Shown here piece by piece: positions 52,500-64,000 of a DNA stretch of 64,000 nt. Every line of letters starts with the position of its first letter. Positions within the stretch are counted from its first letter, which is position 1. A program made the translations under genes and the position numbers. The stretch comes from Camelus ferus (taxonomy: Eukaryota): the NCBI RefSeq assembly GCF_009834535.1, contig NC_045697.1:98644001-98708000 (forward strand). The letters run 5' to 3'. Below the pieces are notes generated by a model. It was given only the letters and a program-made list of their open reading frames with translations. It made no database searches and was not told the origin of the DNA.

Positions 52500-54370
52500 A
52501 TTCAAGCACTGCTACGCCGATTCAAGGCCCTCACTGCGCTGTCTGCTATTAAGTAAAGCTGCTTTTTCTATGTAACTTAAGTCCGTGCCCTTCCGCTGCA
52601 GCAGTGGCGCTGCACATCCCCCACCCCCGCGGCCACTTCCGTGTTTACACTCCTCTTCCCTCCAATTCCATGCGTACATTGTCAGCTTCACTCCCGCCCA
52701 ATCTTCATTGGCCCAGCGCGGGCTCGGAGACCCGCCCCCAGAAACCAACGTTCTTATTTGGAACATCTCAGCGAGCAGATTGGAACCAGAGGCCTGTCAA
52801 TCCCGTCCGTTCTGTCCTCTCCGAGGCGCTTCCGCTATGGTGGGAGGCTTGGGGGGAGGGGAAAAGGGGGCAATTCCGTGCTGAGACTTCCCTAGGGCCA
52901 AGACTCTCTCCCGCCCGCCCTACTCCTCCACCTTCACCCACTGTTTACAAAAATAAACGTTCTTCTCTGACGCCCCAACGCTCCAGGTCAGAGGTGCAAA
53001 ATATATCCCGTGTCCTTCCCAATATCCCCCCCACAAAAAACAACCCACGAGGGAAGGGGCATAAACCTACTTCTTCACAGCCGCCCACTAAATGAGGAAA
53101 GGGAGGCGGGCCCCTGAGAGAACCACTACCCCGGGCGGCTCCACATTATTAAGTGACCCTTTCCAGAACCGTTACTCCTGAGACCGCACAAGGTGTGGAT
53201 GTGAAGAGGAGGGTCAGAGCATTTTTTTTTGGCGGGTATCGGTCTACCGGACATGGCCCGGGGCTACCTCGTCCACGAGGAAGTCGAGGATTTGTGGACC
53301 AAGTCTGAAAGGAGAACGGGGCGGGGGTGGCGAGCGTCCACCGGAGAAGCCCGCCGCCCCCGACCGCGAGCAGTAGCGGCCTCTCCGGCCAGACAGCGTG
53401 GCAGGCGCAGCCGGTAGACAACAGCCTCACTCACTTCCTGGTTCCTCAGCAACTGGGGTGAAGCGCACAACTCGTCCGCCCCCGAGTCCCCAACTTAACT
53501 GCGGCTCGGTTCCCCAGCACCCGCTGCCAGAGCTCCGCCCGGCAGCTGCTGCCGCTGCTCCACAAACCCACCCAGAAGCGACAGCGCCAGATTCGAGGCA
53601 GGTTACTCTCCAAGGTGATCACTTCCTGATTCGTCGCCTCCATTACTTCATTCACTACCCCCCTTTCCCCCGGCCGCCCCAGGGACTGAGGTGGACACCG
53701 TACCCCCTGCACTGACCGCTACAGGGAAGTCTCCCCGCTTTCTGTGCACCCCCTCGCCTGCTGCACCGATGCACAGGAGCAAAGTTCCCCTGTCCTTACC
53801 AGCCCGGATGAGCAGATCCAGCTGGTTCGTGGGTCCCTCATGCAGAGACGTCGCCATGTTTATCCCGGGGCTGGAGCTGCTGCTTCACATTGACTTACAC
53901 CGTGAGCAGCGGCGGTAGGGGAGGAGGCGGAACCCGCGGCCGGAGACACACGCCGTGCGGCCGACACACACTCACGCACTCGCACACACTCAGACGCCCG
54001 GATCCTTGCGCGTCCTCCGACAGGAAGCCGAGGCCGGCCCGCCTCCTGCCGCCGGGCTGAGAAACCCCACCACCTAACGGCAGGGGCGGCGGCGGCGGCC
54101 GCCTCAGCTGGCAACGCGATCCTTCCGCCCCGCGCCCAGACAGGAAGTCCCGGACGCCCGCCCCGGGGAGCGGCCGCGGCCCGCGGCGGGAGGGACACCT
54201 GAGGCTGGAAGTCGTCCCGGGAGCCGCGGCTAAGACAAGGCCCCTCGGCAGGAAGAGGCACATTTCACGCTCTGCGGAAGAAAAGTCTGCAATTGTCCCC
54301 ACGCTAGAAAAGAGCCATTAGTCAAATGTTCTTTCTGGAGGAGATCAAATGCCTAGTCCCGCGGCTGTAA
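52500..54370 (-). promoter_or_regulatory. ELF2: CpG island / internal ELF2 promoter
   Basis: GC- and CpG-rich block around the MATSLHEG exon, with GC boxes, CCAAT boxes and GGAA motifs. Confidence 0.88.
53800..53857 (-). CDS. ELF2: ELF2 short-isoform (NERF-1 type) first coding exon
   Basis: MATSLHEGPTNQLDLLIRA; donor CTG|GTAAGG; 58 nt, phase 1. Confidence 0.92.
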
Positions 54371-56984
54371 ATAAAGGTGGTTATTTAACTCGTTTTGGCC
54401 GTTTACTTCAAAGAGCTGTACTTTAAAACAATACCAACCAAAAGAGTCATACCTACAAAATGCAAAAGCTTTACTTGGACAAAATAAGGAGCTTCCAACT
54501 ACTCAAAGACCGACTTCGTCTTTTTCCCTCTACAGAAGTGTTGTTAAAGAGCACACTAAACAGGTGTTCATTAGCAAATAACAACATGCCAGCCTCTGAG
54601 AGATTGGATTATCCCTCCCCAATGTGCCAGTCATGAAATTTCTGTACCCTCTTGCATTTCTATTTAGTTCATTTGGAAACAAACGTATTCATTTATATTG
54701 TCATCTACTTTTAAACATCTTTTTGATAAAACTATCCTTATTGCATATAATGTACATATTAAAATAGAAGTGGGGGATAACTGTCATTTAGTGACTATAA
54801 ACTTACTGACAACACAGGAAATCAAACCAATAAAATGACTCAGATGAAGCTTCATTCAAACAAAAAGTACTCCACTGGCTTCAGAATTTTATACACACAC
54901 ACACACACACACACTAATTGTATATAACTGAATATATATAATTTAATATATATAGCTGAATCACTTTGCTGTACATCTGAAACTAAAAGACCATTGTAAA
55001 TCAACTACATTTCAATTTAAAATTTTTTTAATTAAAAAAAAAATTTAAAACAAAATGTTGCCCTGAAGTCGTTTCTACACAAAATTTATGTAAAACTATG
55101 CCTCCTATAGAGTAAGTGCTCAGTATTTGCTGAATAAACACAAAAAAGACTTGGTAGTTACAAATTCTAAATTACAAGGTGTAATTTTTATGATCTAAAT
55201 TGAATGAACTGTGCTGATAACTAGAGAAAAATTTTTTCCCAGTGATAATATTAATTTAGTATCATTTTATAAAAGTTTGTCCAACATGTCAGTGTGACTT
55301 CAGAATAGATTTACATAGCCTCTGACTGGGGTTTTTTGATTTCTGTTTTTTGTGTTTTCCATTTTATTCTCTTGGTCATTTCCCCTAACCCTACCACCAT
55401 GATCCCCACCTTCCCCAAAAAGAACCTATATGCCATTTCCAAAGTACAGCTCCCCTTAAACTTATATAAGGACCTCTTTTTTGCATTAGGTAAACTTGCC
55501 ACTTATTGGACAAAAAGAAAATATATGACTGGTAGCTTTTATTTTTTATTTCTAGTCAATTTAAAATAAGGGCCATCCATTGATTGGAAGCATCTTAAAC
55601 TGAGACGGTTTCCAGGTGGGGGGATGATAACAGGAACACTAAGGGGCTAACTGCTAGCTTTAGGCAGATCATTGAAATTGTTAACAAATCTGAATTTCCA
55701 CTCCTATCAACTAACAGATTTTCATGTATTGTATTTAAAAGGGAAGAGAGTAATGTAAGCCAAAGATTTATTTTTTTCTGGAGATGACAGATTTAACTTG
55801 GCTCAAAAAGGAGCACCCTTCTCAATACAAGAGTCAGTATGAAGCCTGATAGGTAACTTTCACCTAATTTGCTTCTTGAGATATATCTTAAGAAGTGAAT
55901 ACTGTCTGTGTATTTTATTTTCTGTACATCTTGATTATATGGATTCATGTCAGCCTTGTATTTTAAGTTCCAAGAGAATAAAAGCTGTATCTACTCCTGC
56001 ATAATACTTCACAATATATACACATACATATTTATACATGTGTGTATTTTATATATATATAAAATATGGAATTAATGCAGAAAGACAGGAAGATATGTCT
56101 ATATATTTAAAACTTACAGAAACACAATTCCCTGGGGTTTAATGCAATTCTGCCTTGCTTCTGTAACTTTATTCTCAAAAGCCACCAATACTTTTTAGAG
56201 ACCAATAACACTATAATGGGAATAGCAAAGTAAGGTGAGGCTGCTGCTGGAAATATAAACTGGTACAAACTTTCAAGAAAGCAATGCGGCATTATTAATC
56301 AAGAGTCTAAAAGAGGTTAATATATTCTGATCCAAGAATTTATTTCCAGAGCCTAGCCTAAGGAAATAATCAAGAAATTCAATGGATTGTTTCATTAAAA
56401 AAAAGTCTGAAGAATTTTTAACATGGTAAAATATTCAAAATATAAATGTGGCAGGATTAATATATGTATTATTTCTTCCACACAATATGACTCATACCAT
56501 GTAGTTAATGTGAATATATGTGTGTATATATACACACATTCACACACATCTGCATTTCTCAAGTCTTCAAGATTAAGCAGTGCATTCATAAGCAGAATTA
56601 AAAAACTGAGTAAGAATACGTAGGTTAGCATGGTAGATACTTCAGAGCAATTTCAAAGTAATTGCCGTATTCTAGTAAGAAAAAAAAGTAATAGCAAATT
56701 CTTATTAAAATAAAAGCACTATGCAAAGTGTTCTACCTTCATTTTCCCCCCACTTATTCCTCTCTATATTCCTGTGAAATAGATATTACTATTGCACTCA
56801 TTTTATAGATAAGGAATCTTGACCAAGGTCATAGAGTTCATGGGACACAGGGCCAGGATTTGAACCCATGAACTGACTCTAGAGTCCTTACTCTCAAACA
56901 ACTCCTCAAGCACCAAGGTAATAAGACCTGTTTATCTATTTGATGTATTTAGTACCTACTGATTTTCTTTTCTGAAAATTCTTT

Positions 56985-57423
56985 TATACTCCTTGCTTCA
57001 AGAGGTGGAATCAAATTCCTCTCTTCCTTTGACTTAAATGACTCACTTTTAATAAACAGAATAAAGCTGAAGTGATGGTGTGCAACTTAAGAAACTGTCT
57101 CTTGATCTCTTCCTTTTGGGTCACACTCTGAGAGAAAGCCAACCACCATGTCATGAGTACTCAAGAAACTCTGTGGAGAGGACCATTAGGTAAGGAACAG
57201 TGGCATCCTGCCAACAGTCATGTGACTAAACTATCTAGGACACAGACCCTCTGCCAGAATCAAGCCTTCAGATGACTCTGGCCTCATGAAAGATCCTGAG
57301 TTAGAATCATGCAAGTAAGCCAGTCCCTAATCCTTAACCTCAAAAACTGGGCAATATAATGTTTGTTGTTTTAAGCTGCTAAATTTGGGGTATTTTGTTA
57401 ATCAGCAAAAGATCATTAATACA
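56985..57423 (+). mobile_element. MaLR (MLT1-like) LTR
   Basis: CAAGCCTTCAGATGACT, and 3' end GTTGTTTTAAGCTGCTAAATTTGGGGTA...TAATACA. Confidence 0.7.
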
Positions 57424-57930
57424 GAAGGAAGGAGCAGTTTAAACTCCCAACTTGTCACATGTCACAGCTTGGATAAAGAAAGAAAAGGGAAAAGTTTACA
57501 AATGATCTCTAACTTTCAACTACAGAGTCCTGAGCAGTTCTTTCCATTTCTTTTTGAATGTATCGTCTGAGTATCAGTTCTTTTATCCTCCAACCTCTCC
57601 ATTTTGAAAATAAATCTTTAAAATACAATCATTATCATAAAGTCTAATATAACCAAAAATAATTAGATATCCTTGGCTATTTGAATGATTTTATGGTCCT
57701 GTAGTAACCAAGATGGAAAAAATTCTTGAGAGACAGGTAAATATACAATTGTTTCCAATACCATATAGGGTTTAAATGCTTTTACTTTTAGCTTATCCTG
57801 GGGATTTTCTTTGTATTTTTCTTTATCTAGTATACAGAATCATAAAATGTTATGGTTGGAAAGGAGCCTACAGCCCACATCACCTAGAGGTTTTCAAAAC
57901 ATAAAGAACCTGAACATCATGACTGCTTTT

Positions 57931-58092
57931 TCTTTTTTTTAATATTTCTTTACTATTGTATTATTTAATTATTTTATTTTGATGGGGGGAGGTAATTAGG
58001 TTTATTTCTTTTTAGAGGAAGGACTGTGATTGAACCCAGGACCTTGTGCATGCTAAGCATGCACTTTACCACTTGAGCCATACCCTCCCCTC
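57931..58092 (-). mobile_element. Vic-1-like SINE with perfect TSD
   Basis: GATTGAACCCAGGACC...GAGCCATACCCTCCCC; 13-bp TSD CATGACTGCTTTT at 57918-57930 and 58093-58105. Confidence 0.9.
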
Positions 58093-60639
58093 CATGACTG
58101 CTTTTCCTGACTAGCATAAATTAGATATATCACACTTTAAAACCAAATATATAACTGTGTGCTCTAACAAATACAATACCAAAGGCAACAGGCTTTAACG
58201 TTTTTTTTTTAAATGATGGGTAGGAATCAAAGGGAGACATTCTATTCATTTAATGTTTTCTTCCTATAATTTGGGAGAAGAATAACAATTTCCTATTTTA
58301 GTAATAACAGCTCTTTAACCACCAATGGTAGAGTTATTTGAGAACTACCAGTTTAATCCAGTGCCCTCATTTTACACATCAGGAAACTGAGGCTCCAAGA
58401 AGTTAAATAATTTGAGCAAAGTTACACAGTATCTTATGATTTCAAGGTCAAAACTTCTACGAAACAATCTTCTATAAAACTTAGAAGCTGCAAAATGGAT
58501 GAAAAGTTAAATCCATTTTACTATTACTATATTTATAAATTATAAACTATAAAGGGGTTGATGGTTTGTGTTTTAATGTCAAAAGCTAAAGCAATGGTTA
58601 AGTGTCTTTCTGAGAAACTATGAAAAAAATGGGAAAAACTTTTGAGCAGTGAATGGTGGGATAACAATAAGAGGTCAAGCAAGTCTTCTGATACAGCCAA
58701 ACTAACAATGAAATTCAAAGCTGGAGTGTGGTATGTTGGACATGTTTAGGGAAATAAAACGGGTCATGAAAACTAAGCTCTAAGTAAATTAGGTCTATCA
58801 AGGACAAGCTGGAATCAAGTAAAGCTTGGTTCATCAATCCTGGAAGATAGCCAATAGACACAGGAGTGAAATTCTATATATTTACACAGAGAAAGGATGG
58901 TTTATTTCATATGTCTTATACTACTGCTTAATTCTCTATTTTTGGTCTTTTTACATTACTGATTTGTTTTATTTAATAGTCAGGTTTTATAAAATATTAT
59001 TAAAATGAAGATGTTTGAACCCATAGTCACATATTCACTCATTTATTCAACAAATAATTATTCAGCACTTACTTCAAGTAAGTTTCTGTTGTAGGCATCC
59101 ATTACTACACCTAGTACAACTGAATTATGTAACAAAAGAGAAAAATTAAGGCTTCTCAATTCATACAGAACTCCCACCAAAGGTAGAATTCTTAGACAGT
59201 ATGATATACAAAACTGCTTATACATGAAATTAGAGAGTAGTAGTGAATGGGTATAAGCTACATTTTGCACTACCACCCAGCAAAGTTAAATTATTTACAT
59301 GTACAAAAGCGTTCATAAGGCATGAATTTTTAATACTGGGTTCACAAAAGCAAAATTTTGTTAACAAAATGTGCATTTTTCTGAGGAAAACGACCATGGC
59401 TATTTTCAGATTCTCAAAGAGGTCCATGACTCCCAAAAGTTATTTTATCATAAATGACCATGCCATATGCATTTATAGACCATGAAAACCTGATAATGAG
59501 TAAGGATCCAGCATGTACCATTTTTGAAACTGATGATTTGGCTTAGGTTCATGTTTTCTGCATTTTACTTTGGTTATTCCTGGACCAGACTCTCCCTGAG
59601 TTTGATTCTTCACTGTATGGTTAATACTAGGCAAAACACTGCTTCTAATTCTTAGCAGTCACTCCAAAAGGACTGTCACCTGATTCTTATAGCTAGTCTT
59701 TTCTAATGGATGTTTAGAAAGTTGTCTTCAAAAAGCATTTATTAAGCACACATATGTGCATGACACCCTGCAAAGTGAGTTGAAATGGTTAATGATCTCT
59801 CTATTTTAAATAATATTTATGACAGCTGATTTCAAGAGCTTGGGTTCTTTATTATCATTAGAGAATGTACAGTATCTTGAATACTCTGGAGATTTTTTTC
59901 AATTCCTGTGAAACTTTACAAGGACTAACACATGATTCTTGTTTAGTATGTTTTTGAAAAACTTTACAATGGAGTTCTTAACTAAAATATATCGCAACTA
60001 TAAGCCAAATTCTATTTTGATTGATTCCAAAAGGAATATTCAAATTAACTAATTTCTTTCCCTCGAAATATAGCTTCTGCACCTACCCACTGAAAAGTTC
60101 TTCAAGGTTAATATAGAGCTTTAAATCGTCAAGCCCAGCAACCTCTTCTTAGTCTCCACCTGACTCTTCTCTAAACAAATAACATTACTGACCACCCTTT
60201 ATTAAAATCCTTCCCTTCATTTGATTTTCATGATAATAAACTGTCTGGCTTTGTTTTTCTCCAATTTGTTTCTTTTCAGTTGACTTCGCCCACTTCAGCA
60301 CAACCCTTAAATGATGGTTCTCCCAAAGTGTGAGCCTGAGCCACCTTCTCTTTTCACTTTCCACTCTCTCAAGAATGGTAGTTAGTATCCCTTTACCACC
60401 AGGGCTTCCAATATTTCTGAACTGACTCAAAAATCAGCATTTCCAGTCTTGACTTATTTTTTGTTTAGCTCCACGTTCTAATTTCTAGTTATATGGTAAA
60501 CATATTTATTTGGATAACCCACTGGTACCTAAAGGTCTTTTATCTACAAATTTCCTTTGTTTCCTCTATCTTTAACATCACCATCATCCCAGGCTAGAAA
60601 TCCTGAATCATATGTGTTCTAGTTTAGGAAGTCATCTCA

Positions 60640-61860
60640 TATAATTTTTGAGGGGGATATAAAACATATATGAAGTTACCCCAAAAATACATAACAAACA
60701 GTCACAACCCCACCATCCAGATCAAACAACTGTTATCATTTCGTTATTTATACTTGAAGATACTGTTTCTCCGTAATAAGTAACACATTACAGGTGAAGA
60801 TAACATCTTTGGGTACCACCCCCAGTCCTCACTGGCCATTCTGTTTCTCCAAAGAAACTACCATCATGAGTTCTGTGTAAATTCTTCCAGTCTATTTTTT
60901 ATACTTCTGTCTGTGTGTTTCCCAGAATGATATATGGTATTATTCTGCATGCTCTGGGTACATAAATGACATCTTACTATATATACCATTTTAAAAATTA
61001 CTTTCTTAGCTCAAGATTCACATTATATCTATATTGGTATAAGTAAATATAGCTATGCTCTTAGATGCTTCAAAGTATTCCTGCCTGTGCATGAATATAC
61101 CCCATTTTGTTTATCAAATTATCTACTGGTAGGCAAGTAAAAGTTGTTTCCATTTTTTCACTTTTATAAACAATGCTGCAAAAAATTCTTATCTCCCTCT
61201 TCTCAAGCATGTATGCTAGAGTCTCTCCACAGTCTATACCCACAAATAGAATTTTTAGGTCATAGAATAGTGTATTTTTTTAAAATATGGAACGCTTCAC
61301 AAGTTTGCGTGTCATCCTTGCACAGCGGCCATGCTAATCATCTGTGTATCCTTCCAGTTTTAGTATATGTGCTGCCGAAGCGAGCACAGAATAATGTATT
61401 TTTAATTTTATACATTACTCTCTCCAATGTAGCTGTATAAGTCTAAAATCCCACCAGTGATGTTTTAGTTTCCATTTTTTTCACATTCCTGTCAATATAA
61501 AATACAATCAGACTTAAAAGATTTTTGTCATCTGTTGGATGACAAAAAAATGTTCACTGTTGTATTAATTTCCACATACTTCTAAGTACTGAGGATAAAC
61601 TTTTTTTCCCATATACTTATTGGCCATTAACATTTTGCACCATGAATTGCCTATTCTTATCCTTAGCCATTTTTCTATGACACTTTTTGTCTTACTGATT
61701 GGTAGAATGTTAACATATTCTAGATAATAATTCAGATACGTGTTCCAAATATCTTCTGCCAGCCTGCAGTTTGACTTTTACTTTGGTTGGTCTATAGCAT
61801 CCTCTGTCCTACAAAATTTTTAAGTTTGATACAGTCAAATTAATATGTGTTTTCCCTTAC
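60640..61860 (-). mobile_element. Old L1 (L1M-type) remnant hosting the U6 copy
   Basis: Antisense L1 3' motifs (CCCACCAGTGATG, TTATTGGCCATT, CCTTAGCCATTTTTCTAT, TGTTCCAAATATCTTCT). Confidence 0.6.
61282..61387 (-). pseudogene. RNU6: U6 snRNA retropseudogene
   Basis: Full-length reverse-complement match to U6 (GTGCTCGCTTCGGCAGCAC...CCATATTTT) with about 8 substitutions, including the ACAGAGA box. 16-bp target-site duplication 61264-61279 / 61388-61403 with 1 mismatch. Confidence 0.95.
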
Positions 61861-61879
61861 AGTGTTTCTTAAATAGCCC

Positions 61880-63670
61880 ATGGAATAAAAAGGAAACATA
61901 AAGGAATTAAGAAATATTTAGAAATGAATTATAACAAAAATACATGTCAAACTATATATGACACAGCCAGAACAATACTTAAGAGATCAGGAAATGAAAG
62001 GTTTAAAAATAAACAAGCTAAGCATTCAATTCATAAAGATGGAAAAATCAACAGATCAAACCCAAAGAAACTAGAAGGAAGGAAATAATAAAGAGCAGGA
62101 AAAATGAAATATAGAGTAATAATTTTAAAAAATAAAGATTCATAAAACCACAAGTTGATTTTAGAAAGACCAATAAAATAGATAGACCTTTACAAAAGTT
62201 ACCAAGAAAAGAAGGTACATATATGATACATAACAAAAGGGGAGAAATAACCACAGTTACAATAGATATAAAAATAATAAATCAATATTATGAATGATTA
62301 TATGCTACTAGAGTTGAAATCTGTATGAACTGTATAAAGAAGTTATATAAAATGTATAAAGAACAAACAGAATAGTAAGTAGTAAAGAAATTAAAATGTA
62401 GTCCAAAACTTCCTCTCAAAAAAAAAAAAAAAAAAACCCAAGTTTTTAAAATGTCTTTTTTGGCAAATTCTAGCAAAAATTTAAATTAATTACTATCTTA
62501 TAGAAGTTGCTGTAGAAAATAGAGAAGAAAAATAAGTGAAAGCAACCTGGATTATTTTATGAGCCTAGTGTAATCTTGATTCAAAACCAAGTAATAATAA
62601 TACAAGAAAAGAAATCAGAGCTCCATATTACTTATGAAAGGTCCTTAACTTAAAGCAAAACAGAGTAAAATGATGAAAAACACATATTCTCAAATGCAAG
62701 GAGAGTTCAATGCCTGAGAATACATCAATTAACTGGTCATATTAACAGATTAAAGAAGAAAAATCATGACTTATCAAAGAATGCTGAAAAAGCATCTGAT
62801 AGGACTCCATGTATAACTAATACAAAAGCAAAATCAAAGGATTATATGGAAATTCCTTACTCTGGTACATATTATATACTAAAACCTACAAGAAACATTA
62901 AACGTCAAGTTGAAACTTCATATACATGTCCTTCAAGATTGGGAACAAAACAAAAATGCCAGTGGGGATGTAAATGGGTGCAGTCACTATGGAAAACAGT
63001 ATGGAGATTCCTCAAAAAACTAAAAACAGTTCACTTCAGCAATTCCATTCCTGGGTGTACATTCAAAGAAAACAAAAACATTATTTCAAAAAGATATATG
63101 CACCCCAATGTTCATACCAGCATTATTTACAATAGCCAAGACACAGAAGCAACCTAAGTGTACATCAACAGAAGAATGGATAAAGAAGATGTGGGGGGGG
63201 TGTATAAATATATATAATGGAATACTACTCAGCCATTAAAAAGAATGAAATTTTGCCATTTGCAACAATATGGATGGACTTGGAGGGTATTATATGCTTA
63301 GTGAAATAATTCAGATAGAGAAAGAAATACTGTATGATTTCACTTACATGTGGAATCTAAAAAATAAACTAGTGAATATAACAAAAAAGAAAGACTCACA
63401 GATATAGAAGACAAAATAGTGGTTACTGGTGGGGAGAAGGAAGGAGAAGTGGCAAGATAAGGAAAGAGGATTAAGAGGTATAAACCACTATATACTAAAT
63501 GAATAAGCTACAAGGATGTATTATACAGAACAGGAAATACAGCCAATATTTTATAATAACTATAAATGGAGTATAACATTTAGCCACTGTGAATCACTAT
63601 GCTGTACATCTGAAATGTATGTAATATTGTAAATCAACTACACCTTAATAAAATGTTTTTTAATTAAAAA
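61880..63670 (+). mobile_element. L1 fragments: degenerate ORF2 remnant plus a younger L1 3' end (about 62958-63670)
   Basis: A-rich ORF2-like remnants; ACTATGGAAAACAGTATGGAGATTCCTCAAAAAACTAAAA, GAATGGATAAAGAAGATGTGG, TGGATGGACTTGGAGGGTATT; ends AAATCAACTACACCTTAATAAAA. Confidence 0.85.
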
Positions 63671-63799
63671 TTTTTTTTAAGAAAATCCACTACAAAAAAA
63701 ATAATAAATAACCCCAATGGGAATGCCAGTTAATATCACTACTCTTTAATATATTGGAGTTCTTGGCCAACATCATAAGAAATGAAGAAGAAAGAAGAT

Positions 63800-64000
63800 G
63801 ACTGGAGATTAGAGAAAAGGAGACCTGAGCTGTCTGAGCTGAGGCCATCCTATACCAGTAAGATCCACAGCGGATCCACAGAAAACCACAACAGGAGTAA
63901 GCCCAGCCCATCTCAGCAGAACCACATAGCTAATCCATAGACTCAGGAGAAACAGTAACTGGTTCCTGTTTCAAGCCAATAAATTTTGGAGTGGTTTGTT
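63800..64000 (+). mobile_element. MaLR/MLT-like LTR 3' part, truncated by the window edge
   Basis: GCCCAGCCCATCTCAGCAGAACCAC...TTTCAAGCCAATAAATTTTGGAGTGGTTTGTT. Confidence 0.55.

Noticed and set aside
52512..54302. Many 60-160 aa ORFs in the ELF2 CpG island
   Set aside because: GC-rich artefacts; only the MATSLHEG exon matches a known protein.
62846..63157. 103-aa ORF containing CKWVQSLWKTVWRFLKKL
   Set aside because: Fragment of the L1 ORF2 C-terminus, frameshifted; not a host gene.

Overview
Mammalian genomic DNA, probably camelid (inferred from Vic-1-like tRNA-derived SINEs and ungulate-type L1 3' ends). The window holds two convergent genes. (1) The complete 3-exon NOCT (nocturnin/CCRN4L) gene on +: CpG-island promoter about 4.5-5.7 kb, CDS 5152-25022, 428 aa. 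(2) The 3' part of ELF2 (ETS factor) on -, including the full short isoform (NERF-1 type, MATSLHEG...; 7 coding exons 53857->35662, 534 aa) driven from an internal CpG island at about 52.5-54.4 kb. The 5' exons of the long ELF2 isoform are not in the window. The rest is intronic or intergenic DNA rich in SINE, L1, L2, LTR and DNA-transposon relics, plus a U6 retropseudogene. I see no novel multi-gene system. The most notable signals are: a 1-nt insertion trimming the NOCT C-terminus; a CpG/GC-box/E2F-rich island inside an ancient repeat in NOCT intron 1 (candidate alternative promoter); candidate ELF2 first exons whose splicing would create an in-frame ATG across the junction; a candidate 39-nt ELF2 cassette exon; and a candidate distal ELF2/antisense terminal exon abutting the NOCT 3' end. 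Repeat family names and comparisons to human proteins are from memory, not from database searches.
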